64,000 nucleotides of DNA from Macrostomum lignano (Eukaryota), in assembly GCA_002269645.1 (NCBI GenBank), contig NIVC01002106.1, forward strand, positions 99,515-163,514, in the 5' to 3' direction. Positions within the stretch are counted from its first letter, which is position 1. Every line of letters starts with the position of its first letter. The notes under the pieces were generated by a model that was not told the origin of the DNA, did no database searches, and was given only the letters and a program-made list of their open reading frames with translations. Shown here in pieces: positions 14,533-27,915 of the stretch. Made by a program: the position numbers and the translations under genes.

Positions 14533-16817
14533 GTCGCTGAAAGCTTGAGGTATTGATAAGTAACATTTGTAGTTGATACGAGAAGTTTATGTATACATTT
14601 ATAATAAATCCGTTATTACTGACCTATTTCCATATTAATATTAATACGCGTTGTTCCTTTTTGAATTTCCGCAAAAAAAAGTTCTAAGAAATCCGAATAA
14701 ACCAGTTAATTAGTACGTTATAACAGAACCTAAACTAACTGACAAACTTGATCATCAGCTATAACGCTTTGTTTGCTGCGTCGTAACCCCGGGCCGAAAT
14801 GAGGCCATGTGCAGTATAAGTGTACCGCCACCCCCCCCCCCTAGCTGGCTCGAAGAGGCAGAGCAGAAACTCAATAAATCAATACATAATTCAGTAGGCA
14901 GCTGCAGCCCCTTCACTTTCAGAGCAGATTCCCATCAGCCTTGGCAGGTGAGGCTTGGCCTGCGAGGTGTTGATGAGGCATTGAGTTTTTCTCTCAAGAT
15001 TCCTCATCTACCCACCCCCTCCGTTGGAGTCATCGATTGACAACACACACACGCGGCGGTGGCTCCGGCACCTTATCGGGAAGCTTTCGCTGGGCGCATT
15101 AAATAAAAAAGTAAAACGTGGATCGTATCCCCCTACAGCCTGAGCTCTGAGCTCTGTTTATTGCCGTCTGCCCGCTTCTAGCTGGGGTATTTGGTGAAAA
15201 ACACGACAAAAAATAAAAAACCGGACCAGCCGTTATCCCCTTCCCGCCTCGGGGGAATTCTCCATCCGACCCAGCTTGTCCCAGCCACCCCGCCTCCCCG
15301 CTGCATCCTCCAGCCTGCTGCTGCACAGTTCGGCAAGGGGAAAATTGATGACGTTAATCACGATGACGCAATCGAGGCTGGGACTTTGGCCAGTCCTGAG
15401 GAGCCTTCAAATCGAATTTCTCAATCATATAGTTCCCCCCCCCCAGTCACAGCATCCGCCGACCGGGCTTCATCAGTCAGACACAGACAGCCAGCCCAGG
15501 TGGCTGTGAATGAAATTTCAGAGACGGGGCAGGAGCCCCCCTGTCTCTATCACTCTCGCTGCTGCCGCTCCAGACTTCAAAGTGACTGGCCGCGCCCCTC
15601 TTCACGTCAAGTCTGGATGTTGAAGAAGGGCCTCAATTTAATCGGTTCTTAATTGTCACCGGAGGAACAGGGATTGTCTGTTGGGATATTTTTTCCCTCA
15701 AATTTATCCATTCAACTCGGGCTTGCTCTCCGGAAAAGAGAAACGTGCGTCTGTCAGTTGGACCGCAAGCTGGGAACGAGGGATTTCAGAGAGTTGTAGA
15801 CCGCTTCTGATCCCATTAAGGGATTACAGACGAGCAACAGGAGACTGGGGTCTTGAGGATTTCTGTGGACCCCCCCCCCAAACCAGTTCAATCGGGTCGA
15901 ATCGAATAGCAGCCTCTTCTCTAATTAGTGCCTCCCAGATCCCCAAACAGGATGAAAGACTGAACAGCCCGAACTGTCCCCAAATTGGGATTAGGGTCCC
16001 CTACTGCTTTCCCGCCAGGCTATGGCTAGTGGAATATATGACGCAATCTGCTGGGAACAGCACTGCTCCAGACCCAATCAAACTGATTGTTTCGTAAAAA
16101 AAGTCATATTTTTTCCAACCTTCACTCCATCCCTGATGAGCTCGCCGCCGTGTTGTCGTTGTCCAACTGAAATGAAGTTTTTTCTGGCGGCTTTGTCCCC
16201 AATTAACCCCAATCAGGCTTCGGTTTTGTCTGCTTATCGGCTAATAAAGATGGTCCACTTCCTGCTGCTGGGGCCCGCAGATTTTAATCCTAATTTTTTG
16301 TGTGGAAAATTGGGAGTTTCTTCTCCTCAAATCCAGCACGATGCACCTGCTCCCCACCGGCTCGGCTGGGACTTAAGCGGCCGAACATCACAGAGGACTT
16401 TGAAACGAATTCCTCGAATGGCGAGCGTTGGCAACTAGGCGAGACGGATTATCAGAGGGGAGGCGCGGATTATCGGTTAAAAAGTCTCCATTTTCTCCGC
16501 TTTCCGGCTCGGTAAATCCCTTTACTAATTACTTGGCGAGCTTTCATATTGCCTACAGCATAGCAACTGGAGGTGAACAGGAAGCAGGTCAAAAGGATTG
16601 AAACTTTTTTTTCTGACTGGCTGTCTGATTGTGCAACCAAGGCGAGCCAGTGACGACTTAGCTCACTCTAAGAGCGTACATATTGTTTCGATTTTAACAA
16701 ACAGAATCATTAAATCAAGTCGCCAACCTTCCAGACCATCGAGGTATTCAGCGAGCGGCTTTTCCAATCATTTCGAATTGTTTATAGTGATGTCGATCAA
16801 CACTTTTCTGCATCATT

Positions 16818-17525
16818 CCCAGCATCTCCGACATCTCCAGCATCTCCGACATATCCAGCATCTCCGACATATCCAGCATCTCTGACATATTCAGCATCTC
16901 CGACATATCCAGCATCTCCGACATCTCCAGCATCTCCGACATATCCAGCATCTCCGACATATCCAGCATCTCTGACATATTCAGCATCTCCGACATATCC
17001 AGCATCTCCGACATCTCCAGCATCTCCGACATATCCAGCATCTACAACATCTTCATCTACAGCATCTCCGACAGCTACAGCATCTCCGGCATCTCCAGCA
17101 TCTCCGACATCTCCAGCATCTCCGACATCTCCAGCATCTCCGACATCTCCAGCATCTCCGACATCTCCAGCATCTCCGACATATCCAGCATCTCCGACAA
17201 TCCCGACATCTCCAGCATCTCCGACATATTCAGCATCTCCGACATATCCAGCATCTCCGACATCTCCAGCATCTCCGACATATCCAGCATCTCCGACATA
17301 TCCAGCATCTCTGACATATTCAGCATCTCCGACATATCCAGCATCTCCGACATCTCCAGCATCTCCGACATATCCAGCATCTACAACATCTTCATCTACA
17401 GCATCTCCGACAGCTACAGCATCTCCGGCATCTCCAGCATCTCCGACATCTCCAGCATCTCCGACATCTCCAGCATCTCCGACATCTTCAGCATCTCCGA
17501 CATCTCCAGCATCTACAACATCTCC
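16818..17525. repeat. 9/18-bp repeat (CAGCATCTC-CGACATATC) with a 339-bp higher-order duplication
   Basis: The distinctive block TCTACAACATCTTCATCTACAGCATCTCCGACAGCTACAG occurs at 17041 and 17380. Confidence 0.92.
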
Positions 17526-18859
17526 CACTCCATTGGGTTGGCCCACCCAATGAATGTGGCCGAGCACGGAAAGAACTAGGGGTCATATCGAGACTAGTCG
17601 AGAAAGTGCGACGCCATCCAGGTTAGCTTTTACACCTAACTGACAGGATAAGGCGTGAAACAATTCCCATTTTAGAATCGCTCCCCAAGAGCTCCCTGTC
17701 GGCTCGGGGAGGAGGGGGGGAGGAGAGCGGAAGGGCGGATGAAGGGAGGAATGTGAGAGGCTGCACGAGCCGCGGGTCAACTTGCGAAACGAAAGCAAAG
17801 CAATTAAGGGAATTGAAGGCTGACCCTCTGGCCAGATGAGGACCTCAACTCAACTTCTCTCTTTCCCTTGGTCCACAGACTGTATAAATGTATCCCAAAT
17901 ATCCCCAGCATTGGACAGCCGCCGCCTCTCCCACCCCCGCCCTTTCTCACGCAGTGGCACTTCGGTCGCAGGAAACTGAAGGCCTAGATTTGACTGAGCG
18001 ATAAAAAAGCGTCAAGAGGGGTCCCCAGGGATGTGGGAAGTGGGAGAGAGAGAGAACAGAACTGAACCTTCTGACACGTTCCGTCAATGAATAGAGAAAA
18101 TGTTCTCCGAATGAGGGAATTCACCTGGCCATCATGAGAGATTCTCGATGAAATTTGTGACAGTTCGAACTGGCGGAGTTATAAGTGACAAAATAAATGA
18201 TTCGACTTTCGATATGCTTTATTTGACTGGGAGAAGGTGACTACTGTTAAGATTGAGTGATAGGTGGGGGCGCTGCAGGCTATGGGATCTACTGGGCACA
18301 ATGCGTAGATTTTCCTGATAAGAACCAATCAGGCTTGAACTCTCTCACCGACTTCAACTCTGCTTCCAGTCCATGCATAATTCTTCCCAGATGAATTCCC
18401 GCTGATCTTCTAGCAGTCCTCTCCAGCCCCATCCTCTCTGCAGGAGGGCAACGGCCACCAATTTTCGACAGGTGGACGGCCGAGGGCCAAAAAATCCTCC
18501 CCACAGCCTCTCCGGAGCCACCCGAATAGCTCGCGAGGGTCAGTTCTTCACTTTTACACCGCAGCCTCATTAAGATAGAAAAAGAGTCTGGCCTTGCCGA
18601 TGAACCTCTGCAGAACCTCTGCTTGTGCTTGAAATACTAAACCCACCTGAGGAAAATTTACCTCTTCTAAATTCAATCCCCTCTCTATCAGCGACAACTG
18701 CTGAGGAATGCGAATGGGGGAGAATTCTTTCAAAACAATTTCCCCATCAAATTTCTCTGCAGTTTGAAGGATTGCGCAATCATGAAAACAGTTCTAACGG
18801 TAGTTTAGGGGTATTTAACTTAAAGTAGACTGTGGAAGAAATTAATGCCATGAATAGAC

Positions 18860-19460
18860 AGGTGTGTCAGGAATAAAAATGAAATAATAGAGTCAGCGAG
18901 TCTCTCGAAGAACAGGTGTGTCAGATGGTCATGAGTCATTGTGAGTCAGCGAGTCTCTCTGCATCTAAGCAGGTGTGTCAGACGGTCATGAGTCATTGTG
19001 AGTCAGCGAGTCTCTCTGCATCTAAGCAGGTGTGTCAGATGGTCATGAGTCATTGTGAGTCAGCGAGTCTCTCTGCATCTAAGCAGGTGTGTCAGATGGT
19101 CATGAGTCATTGTGAGTCAGCGAGTCTCTCTGCATCTAAGCGGGTGTGTCAGATGGTCATGAATCATTGTGAGTCAGCGAGTCTCTCTGCATCTAAACAG
19201 GTGTGTCAGATGGTCATGAGTCATTGTGAGTCAGCGAGTCTCTCTGCATCTAAGCAGGTGTGTCAGGTGGTCATGAATCATTGTGAGTCAGCGAGTCTCT
19301 CTGCATCTAAGCAGTGTCAGATGGTCATGAATCATTGTGAGTCAGCGAGTCTCTCTGCAGTCTGCACCTAAATCTAAGCAGGTGTGTCAGATGGTCATGA
19401 GTCATTGTGAGTCAGCGAGTCTCTCTGCATCTAAACAGGTGTCAGACGGTAATGAAATCA
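18860..19460. repeat. 57-bp minisatellite, about 9 units, each with 1-2 TGAGTCA sites
   Basis: Unit GTGTGTCAGATGGTCATGAGTCATTGTGAGTCAGCGAGTCTCTCTGCATCTAAGCAG, with degenerate units at both ends. Confidence 0.93.
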
Positions 19461-19940
19461 TTTAGATCTTCACAGACTCAAAACAGGTGCAATGGCAAGC
19501 TGATGACTCAGAACTTACCGCTGACAGAAGTCCACACGAAGAGGTGCAGCAGCCAGACTTGACCAGGCATTGTTTGCTTGCGCAGTTGATACTCAAATAC
19601 AATCTGCAATTTGAGGGGCAAATGGGGGCAGGAGGCTTTAATGCGTTATTGTTCATTTTTTGTCAGAGGCAGATAGTCATAAATTAATGACTATTATTTT
19701 TCACTTGTCTGTGCTCATGCTCAGAGCTCTTAATTAAGCTGCCAATGCATTGACACAGGGTTTGGTTAGCGGGTTGGTCTGTGTATTTAAAAAGTTTCTG
19801 AGTTAGCCAATGGTCTTTGTTAACTAATAATAACTAAAATTAGGCGTTGATTGACAAAGACCACTGAATATACTGTGACAAATACTCCGGAGGAGACAGT
19901 GGAAACGTGGGAGAGAATGTACTTGCTGCTTAGTAGTAGG

Positions 19941-20300
19941 CATGAGGAATGTTACAGATACTGTAGTAGACATGAGGAATGTTACAGATACTGTAGTAGA
20001 CATGAGGAATGTTACAGATACTGTAGTAGACATGAGGAATGTTACAGATACTGTAGTAGACATGAGGAATGTTACAGATACTGTAGTAGACATGAGGAAT
20101 GTTACAGATACTGTAGTAGACATGAGGAATGTTACAGATACTGTAGTAGACATGAGGAATGTTACAGATACTGTAGTAGACATGAGGAATGTTACAGATA
20201 CTGTAGTAGACATGAGGAATGTTACAGATACTGTAGTAGACATGAGGAATGTTACAGATACTGTAGTAGACATGAGGAATGTTACAGATACTGTAGTAGA
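19941..20300. repeat. 30-bp minisatellite, 12 near-identical copies
   Basis: Unit CATGAGGAATGTTACAGATACTGTAGTAGA. Confidence 0.97.
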
Positions 20301-20704
20301 TAATAGAGGCTGTAGTAGATAACAGAGGCTGTAGTATATAACATAGGCTGTAGTAGATTACAGAGGCTGTAGTAGATAACAGAGGCTGTAGTAGATAACA
20401 GAGGCTGTAGTATATAACAGAGGCTGTAGTAGATTACAGAGGCTGTAGTTTATAACAGAGGCTGTAGTATATAACAGAGGCTGTAGTAGATTACAGAGGC
20501 TGTAGTTTATAACAGAGGCTGTAGTATATAACAGAGGCTGTAGTAGATTACAGAGGCTGTGGTAGATAACAGAGGCTGTAGTAGATAACAGAGGCTGTAG
20601 TAGATAACAGAGGCTGTAGTAGATTACATAGGCTGTAGTAGATAACAGAGGCTGTAGTAGATTACAGAGGCTGTAGTAGATAACAGAGGCTGTAGTAGAT
20701 AACA
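20301..20704. repeat. About 19-bp minisatellite TAACAGAGGCTGTAGTAGA abutting the 30-bp array
   Basis: About 20 copies; shares the CTGTAGTAGA core with the preceding array. Confidence 0.93.
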
Positions 20705-21554
20705 AGACTAATGCACCAAAGCCCGTGTAACAGAACTATTTTTAACTATCCTCAAAGCGAACCGCCTGGACATTTTGTGTGCAGTTATGCACCTGGTCGA
20801 TCGCATCAGCTCCACAGGGGTGGCTTGCCTCAGAAGAAGAAAATCTTGGAGTGCAGAAAAAAGCAGAATGCTCCAAAGAGAAAAAGGAGCCGATTAAATA
20901 AGAACCAGGCTGTCCCGCGTTCTGCAATTCCCATGATGACGTGCAGCTTCTCGAGATTTTCTCTTTACTCCGCTTCCAGAGCGGGAGCTCCACAATTTTT
21001 TCCTTTTGCACTTTCCGCTCGAAAATTAATCGTTAGAAAGATTTTGTTATATAGGCAGTTTCCACTGGCAGTATAAATTAACACAGCGAGTATTAGCTAT
21101 TCGATATTAAATTTTCTAGTTGATAGATTGATGAAGGTAGAAAATTAAATCCGGAAGCTGGAATCGAAGTGTCAAAAATGTATGTTGATATTTTTTAAAT
21201 TTCCCAGAACTGAATTTCTCGACTGTACTCGTATCCCGGTCAATGTCCCCGGGTTCGAATCCGCGTGGATCTGGGCAAACAAGCAGTTATGGTGCATTCA
21301 GGCAGCAGCTGGCCAAAGTCTCAGGCTGCGTGTGAACACAATCAACACGAGCCTAGCCTGTAGAGAGCAATTTAAGGCTTATAAAATTTTATTAGACTCA
21401 AGCTCAACAAGGTCTCACAACTTCAGTCATGTGACTGCCTATAACTCTTCCCCAATGCCCCGATTTTCGTATAGAAAAAACTTTCATTGGAGGCCGGGGG
21501 TTTCTCTGTTTAGCTTCACGTATTGTTCAGTATTATTTCATGCGATCAGCTGAT

Positions 21555-21880
21555 GGGGGGCCGTAGCCCGCATGGTCTAGCTCAGCGCTCTGGTGTGCCA
21601 GCAGTCCAGGTTCGATTCACACAAATTTGGGGGCTGAATTGGAATATCGGCTTGGCTCTGCTCGTGCTATTAACGCCCTTTGGAGGCCAACCACCAAGGT
21701 ACGGTGAGGTGTACCGCTGTGCCGCTGTGCACTCCTGTGTGAGTGTGTGCCTGTGCGTATCACTGCGTACGTATCCGCGCGCTTGTGTGCCTGCTCAGGG
21801 CAGTCGGCGGAATGGGCAGTAATGCTTCTCGCCGGTTGTGTGACAATGTCGCTTAAACAGCTCCCTGCCTCTAATAAAAA
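21555..21880 (+). mobile_element. Candidate tRNA-derived SINE (tRNA-His-like head)
   Basis: Head GGGGCCGTAGCCCGCATGGTCTAG...CTCTGGTGTGCCAGCAGTCCAGGTTCGATTC has an A-box-like motif (21564-21575) and a B-box (21609-21618) at tRNA spacing. A ~260-bp body ends in AATAAAAA followed by a tandem tail. There is no 3' acceptor stem, so it is not an intact tRNA. Confidence 0.55.
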
Positions 21881-22059
21881 GGCAATTGTCACTGCAGGCA
21901 ATTGTCACTGCAGGCAATTGTCACTGCAGGCAATTGTCACTGCAGGCAATTGTCACTGCAGGCAATTGTCACTGCAGGCAATTGTCACTGCAGGCAATTG
22001 TCACTGCAGGCAATTGTCACTGCAGGCAATTGTCACTGCAGGCAATTGTCACTGCAGGC
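21881..22059. repeat. 16-bp minisatellite GGCAATTGTCACTGCA, about 11 perfect copies
   Basis: Each unit holds the palindromes CAATTG and, across the junction, CTGCAG. Confidence 0.95.
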
Positions 22060-23480
22060 GTCTCCTTGCTCTAGGCTGGGGAGAGCCAGGTGTGCTCAGC
22101 AGCAGCAACTCCTGTCAAGGGTAAAGAACAAAATGCTTTGCTGTTTTGAGAAGAAATGAGCCGGTGCATCCTGAGCTCCTCATTCGCATTGTTTCAAGCT
22201 GCCACTACAGAGAGACTCTTCACCTTCAGGCACGCTTCTTTTAGAATTTCAGGTGCCCTACTCAAAGAGGAAATAGCCCCATGCTCTTAGCTTCTATCGA
22301 GAGCCCCCTGGGTTTCCAAGGCATCAAGGCTCTGTGACCTATCACGTTTAGAAGGGCTTATATGACAAGATTATGAGCGGAGCTCAGATCATTCTTTCTA
22401 TTCTCTGAAGCGACCGGCAGTCTGAATTCTTTCATTCTATCCCGACACAATACTATTGATATTATCGATATATAAATTATTCAAAGTTTGAGCTGTCAAT
22501 CAAAACAAAACTAAAATTTTCCGCTGAAAGATCTGGCTCAAAGAAGTCAGCTGCAGTTACTCTTATAGAAAACTAATTCCGACTTGACTTCCACACCAGA
22601 TTCTGTACAATATCAGGTTGGCATTGGCCTTGTAAATCAAACCCTGGGAATTAGATAAAGTAGCCGAACAGCCCATAAGATCATAAAAATTTTGATTGTT
22701 GGGCATCGGCGCTGGAATTTTATGTGCCGTGGACTTCTAGATAAGAGACTATCTGGATTGCGAACATGGACAACTAAAGCAACCGAATTTGTCTATGGCG
22801 AAACCTCATTTATAAAACGCAACTGAAAATTTTCCAGAACGCCTCGGAGATTCGCTTTGACTGCGAGATGAACAGACAGCCGCGCAATTCGAGGCTGATG
22901 GAGAAAAACTTGGCCTTCCTTCCGTGGCCTTCAAAGGGGATGAATAAATCTCAGTTTGAAAGAATTTCCCAGCAGGAAAACCACTGTCAGAGCCCCTAAG
23001 CCGCTGCCGCACAATGGGAGGATACTAATACTAAAAATAATAATCTACTTTTATTGCTCCCCGGCCGGCGGATGCGCGGTGGGGACTGATAGCAGATCCG
23101 GCAGTCTCCAGCTTCCCATCTTCATCTCTGCGCCAGCATCCCCAATCGACTGTTTTATTATTTTTCTTTTGCCTAAGAAGGTGCCGCCCAAATCTGCTAC
23201 GTGACTTTCTATCCTGTAAGATTTATTCCCGGCTATTGCGCAATACTGAGGTAAACTGCAGGCGTGTGCTCGGGCCGCTCCTGGCCTCATCACGGACTGC
23301 GGAACAGCGGGGGGTCCGAACACAGGCTCTGTCCTTCCTGTCCTCGACTTGCTGCTTTTGCTTCTGGTTCGTGCAAAATGGTTGGGAAACTTTGCATAGA
23401 ATTCTCCCAGTACAGTCGTCTGTGGATTTTTATACGAGCTGCTTTTTGAAGGTTTGTAGGGCAGAAAGAAGTTCACTGCC

Positions 23481-24202
<722 letters not shown>

Positions 24203-24530
24203 TGACAGGCACTGACAGGCAAAGACACAGAGCCTGACTACCTACCTGCAGGCGCATGCCATAGCCATAATGAGATTAATTAAGTCTCACCTGTGCCCTG
24301 AGTTTCTCAGTCGCAGCCGGGCTCAATCAGCAGCTACATCCGGTAGGTCGAAGCTCCGCAGTGAAAAAGCAGCCGCTGCACCGCTGACTCGCAGCAGCCG
24401 ATGCAGAAGGGGATTCACAGCAAATCCTGTCCATACACGAACCCTCATGAGAGTCTTTACTTCGGTAAGAATATGCGGCATGGCATTAATAAGGAAGTGT
24501 GTGGGGATCGCCCTCCTGAACTCTCAGCAG

Positions 24531-24560
24531 CCAATGAGAATCGAGCGCTCACATCATTGG
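24531..24560. promoter_or_regulatory. Pair of oppositely oriented CCAAT boxes (possible promoter)
   Basis: GCCAATGA at 24530-24537 and CATTGGCC at 24555-24562. A strong minus-strand donor CAG|GTGAGA lies ~250 bp downstream on the minus strand. Confidence 0.25.
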
Positions 24561-24734
24561 CCAGTCACTACTTTGGTTGATTCATTCATGCTGCTCCAGA
24601 GTCTCGTTCATTATTGCGCATGAGGCCCGACAGAAGCCAGTTTATCTTCTGCTTTGGATTTTCCAACTGTTTTATTGCTCTCATTTTCAAACTGTTCCGT
24701 TTTCTTTCTTCTCAACAAGTCTACCCCTGCTCTA

Positions 24735-26045
24735 TCTCTGTTCTATCTTTCTCTATTCTATCGCTCTCTGTTCCATCTCTCTCTGTTCTATCTCTCTCTG
24801 TTCTATCTCTCTGTTCAATTTCTCTCTGTTCTATCTCTCTCTGTTCTATCACTCTCTGTTCTATCTCTCTCTTTTCTATCTCTCTCTGTTCTATCTCTCT
24901 CTGTTCTATCACTCTCTGTTCTATCTTTCTCCGTTCTATTTCTCTCTGTTCTATCTCTCTGTTCTATCTCTCTCTGTTATATCTCTCTGTTCTATCTCTT
25001 TCTGTTCCATCTCTCTGATCTATCTCTGTTCTCTCTGTTCTATCACTCTCTGATCTATCTCTCTATGTTCTATCTCTCTCTGTTCTATCTCTCTCTGTTC
25101 TATCTCTCTCTTTTCTATCTCTCTCTGTTCTATCTCTCTCTTTTCTATCTCTCTCTGTTCTATCTCTCTCTTTTCTATCTCTCTCTGTTCTATCTCTCTC
25201 TGTTCTATCACTCTCTGTTCTATCACTCTCTGTTATATCACTCTGTTCTATCACTCTCTGATCTATCTCTCTATGTTCTATCTCTCTCTGTTCTATCTCT
25301 CTCTGTTCTATCTCTCTCTGTTCTATCACTCTCTGTTCTATCGCTCTATGTTCTATCTCTCTCTGTTCTATCTCTCTCTGTTCTATCTCTCTCTGTTCTA
25401 TCTCTCTCTGTTCTATCTCTCTCTTTTCTATCTCTCTCTGTTCTATCTTTCTCTGTTATATCACTCTGTTCTATCACTCTCTGATCTATCTCTCTGTGTT
25501 CTATCTCTCTCTGTTATATCACTCTGTTCTATCTCTCTCTGTTCTATCTCTCTCTTTTCTATCTCTCTCTGTTCTATCTCTCTCTTTTCTATCTCTCTCT
25601 GTTCTATCTCTCTCTGTTCTATCACTCTCTTTTCTATCTTTCTCTGTTATATCACTCTGTTCTATCACTCTCTGATCTATCTCTCTATGTTCTATCTCTC
25701 TCTGTTCTATCTCTCTCTGTTCTATCTCTCTCTGTTCTATCACTCTCTGTTCTATCGCTCTATGTTCTATCTCTCTCTGTTCTATCTCTCTCTGTTCTAT
25801 CTCTCTCTGTTCTATCTCTCTCTGTTCTATCTCTCTCTTTTCTATCTCTCTCTGTTCTATCTCTCTCTGTTCTATCACTCTCTTTTCTATCTTTCTCTGT
25901 TATATCACTCTGTTCTATCACTCTCTGATCTATCTCTCTGTGTTCTATCTCTCTCTGTTATATCACTCTGTTCTATCTCTCTCTGTTCTATCTCTCTGTT
26001 CTATCCTTCCCTGCTCTATCTCTTTCTCAGTTCTATTTCTCTCTG
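24735..26045. repeat. 15-bp CT-rich minisatellite (TTCTATCTCTCTCTG)
   Basis: Tandem units with recurrent variant cassettes (GTTATATCACTCT, GATCTATCTCTCTATG). Confidence 0.93.
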
Positions 26046-26760
26046 TTCGATCTATATATATGTTCTCAGTTCTCTCTATAGTTAATGTTATTTCTATATC
26101 TTTAATTGTCTTACCAAAGTTTCACACTCAATACTAAAATAATAAATCTGTGCAAGCCACATCAATTCACAACAGCAGCCGAAAAACAATTAATGAACAA
26201 ATATCAGTTCGAGACAGAGCTCAATTGCACAGCAAAAGCACTTGAATGAACACATGGTCACTCCGTGGGAACAACTGCGCTGTCTTAATAATTTGTTTTA
26301 CTTTCTTAAGAATCAAACTTTCTGCCTTGCCCGTTGAAGCTTTCTAACTGACAGATGGCGCCTCGGAGCTTTGCAGGTTTTCTCTTGGGTGGGGGGGGGG
26401 TAATTGCAGAGTCTGCCTCTAGAGGCAAACGGGTCCGCTGATAATAAAATACTTTCGCGCCAGTGAATGCCGCGGTGGTGGCTTACAGTTCAGGAGTAGA
26501 AATGTTTTATGACTCTTTATGGAAACTGCGACTCAGGACCTGCTGGAATGGAGAGCTCAGCATTGAGCAGCTTGCCGCTGAGTCCTTAGTCTGAGTCCTC
26601 GTATTTAGAGAGCTCCCCCTGTGCGCCGTTAGGGGAGTCGATAAGCTGGGGTGGAGGGCACTAAACTGCTGAGCTGCCGCAATAAATAAGGCAAAATTAA
26701 GCTTCAGTTCACACTTTCAGTCTTTTGTCAGTTAGCTTTTATAGTCTTCAGCTGGGGTCT

Positions 26761-27915
26761 CACTCTCTGTCTCTCTCTCTACCACTGTCTCACTCTCTCT
26801 CATTGTCTCACTCTCTCCCGCTGTCTCACTCTCTCCCACTGTCACACTCTCTCCCACTATCTCACTCTCCCCACCTGTCTCACTCTCTCCCATTGTCTCA
26901 CTCTTTTCCGCTGTCTCACTCTCTCCCACTGTCTCACTCTCTCCCACTGTCTCATTCTCTCCCACTGTCTCACTCTCTCCCACTGTCTCACTCTCTCCCG
27001 CTGTCACACTCTCTCCCACTGTCTCACTCTCTCCCACTGTCTCACTCTCTCCCACTGTCTCACTCTCTTCCACTGTCTCACTCTCTCCCGCTGTCTCACT
27101 CTCTCCCGCTGTCTCACTCTCTCCCACTGTCTCACTCTCTCCCGCTGTCTCACTCTCTCCCACTATCTCACTCTCTGTCTCTCTCTCCCACTGTCTCACT
27201 CTCTCTCTCTCACTCGCTGTCTCAATCTCTCCTGCTATCTCACTCTCTTCCACTGTTTCACTCTCTCTCTCACTCGCTGTCTCACTCTCTCCCACTGTCT
27301 TACTCTCTCCCACTGTTTCACTCTCTCCCGCTGTCTCACTCTCTCCCACTGTCTCACTCTCTCCCACTGTCACACTCTCTCCCGCTGTCTCACTCTCTCC
27401 CGCTGTTTCACTCTCTCCCACTGTCTCACTCTCTCCCACTATCTCACTCTCTCCCACTGTCTCACTCTCTCCCACTGTCAGACACTCCCAGTGTCTCTCT
27501 CTCTCACTCTCTCCCACTGTCTTACTCTCTCCCACTGTCTCACTCTCTCCCACTGTCTCACTCTCTCCCACTGTCTCACTCTCTCCCACTGTCTCACTCT
27601 CTCCCGCTGTCTCACTCTCTCCCACTGTCTCACTCTCTCCCACTGTCTCACTCTCTCCCGCTGTTTCACTCTCTCCCACTATCTCACTCTCTCCCACTGT
27701 CTCACTCTCTCTCTCTCACTCGCTGTCTCAATCTCTCCTGCTATCTCACTCTCTCCCACTGTTTCACTCTCTCTCTCACTCGCTGTCTCACTCTCTCCCA
27801 CTGTCTTACTCTCTCCCACTGTCTCACTCTCTCCCACTGTCACACTCTCTCCCACTGTCTCACTGTCTCCCACTGTCTCACTCTCTCCCACTGTCTCACT
27901 CTCTCCCACTGTCAC
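26761..27915. repeat. 18-bp minisatellite CACTCTCTCCCACTGTCT
   Basis: About 60 units; generates the SHSLPL / GESETV ORFs. Confidence 0.93.

Noticed and set aside
21252-21262. Isolated GGTTCGAATCC B-box
   Set aside because: No A-box or cloverleaf, and the T-stem is mismatched; not a tRNA gene.
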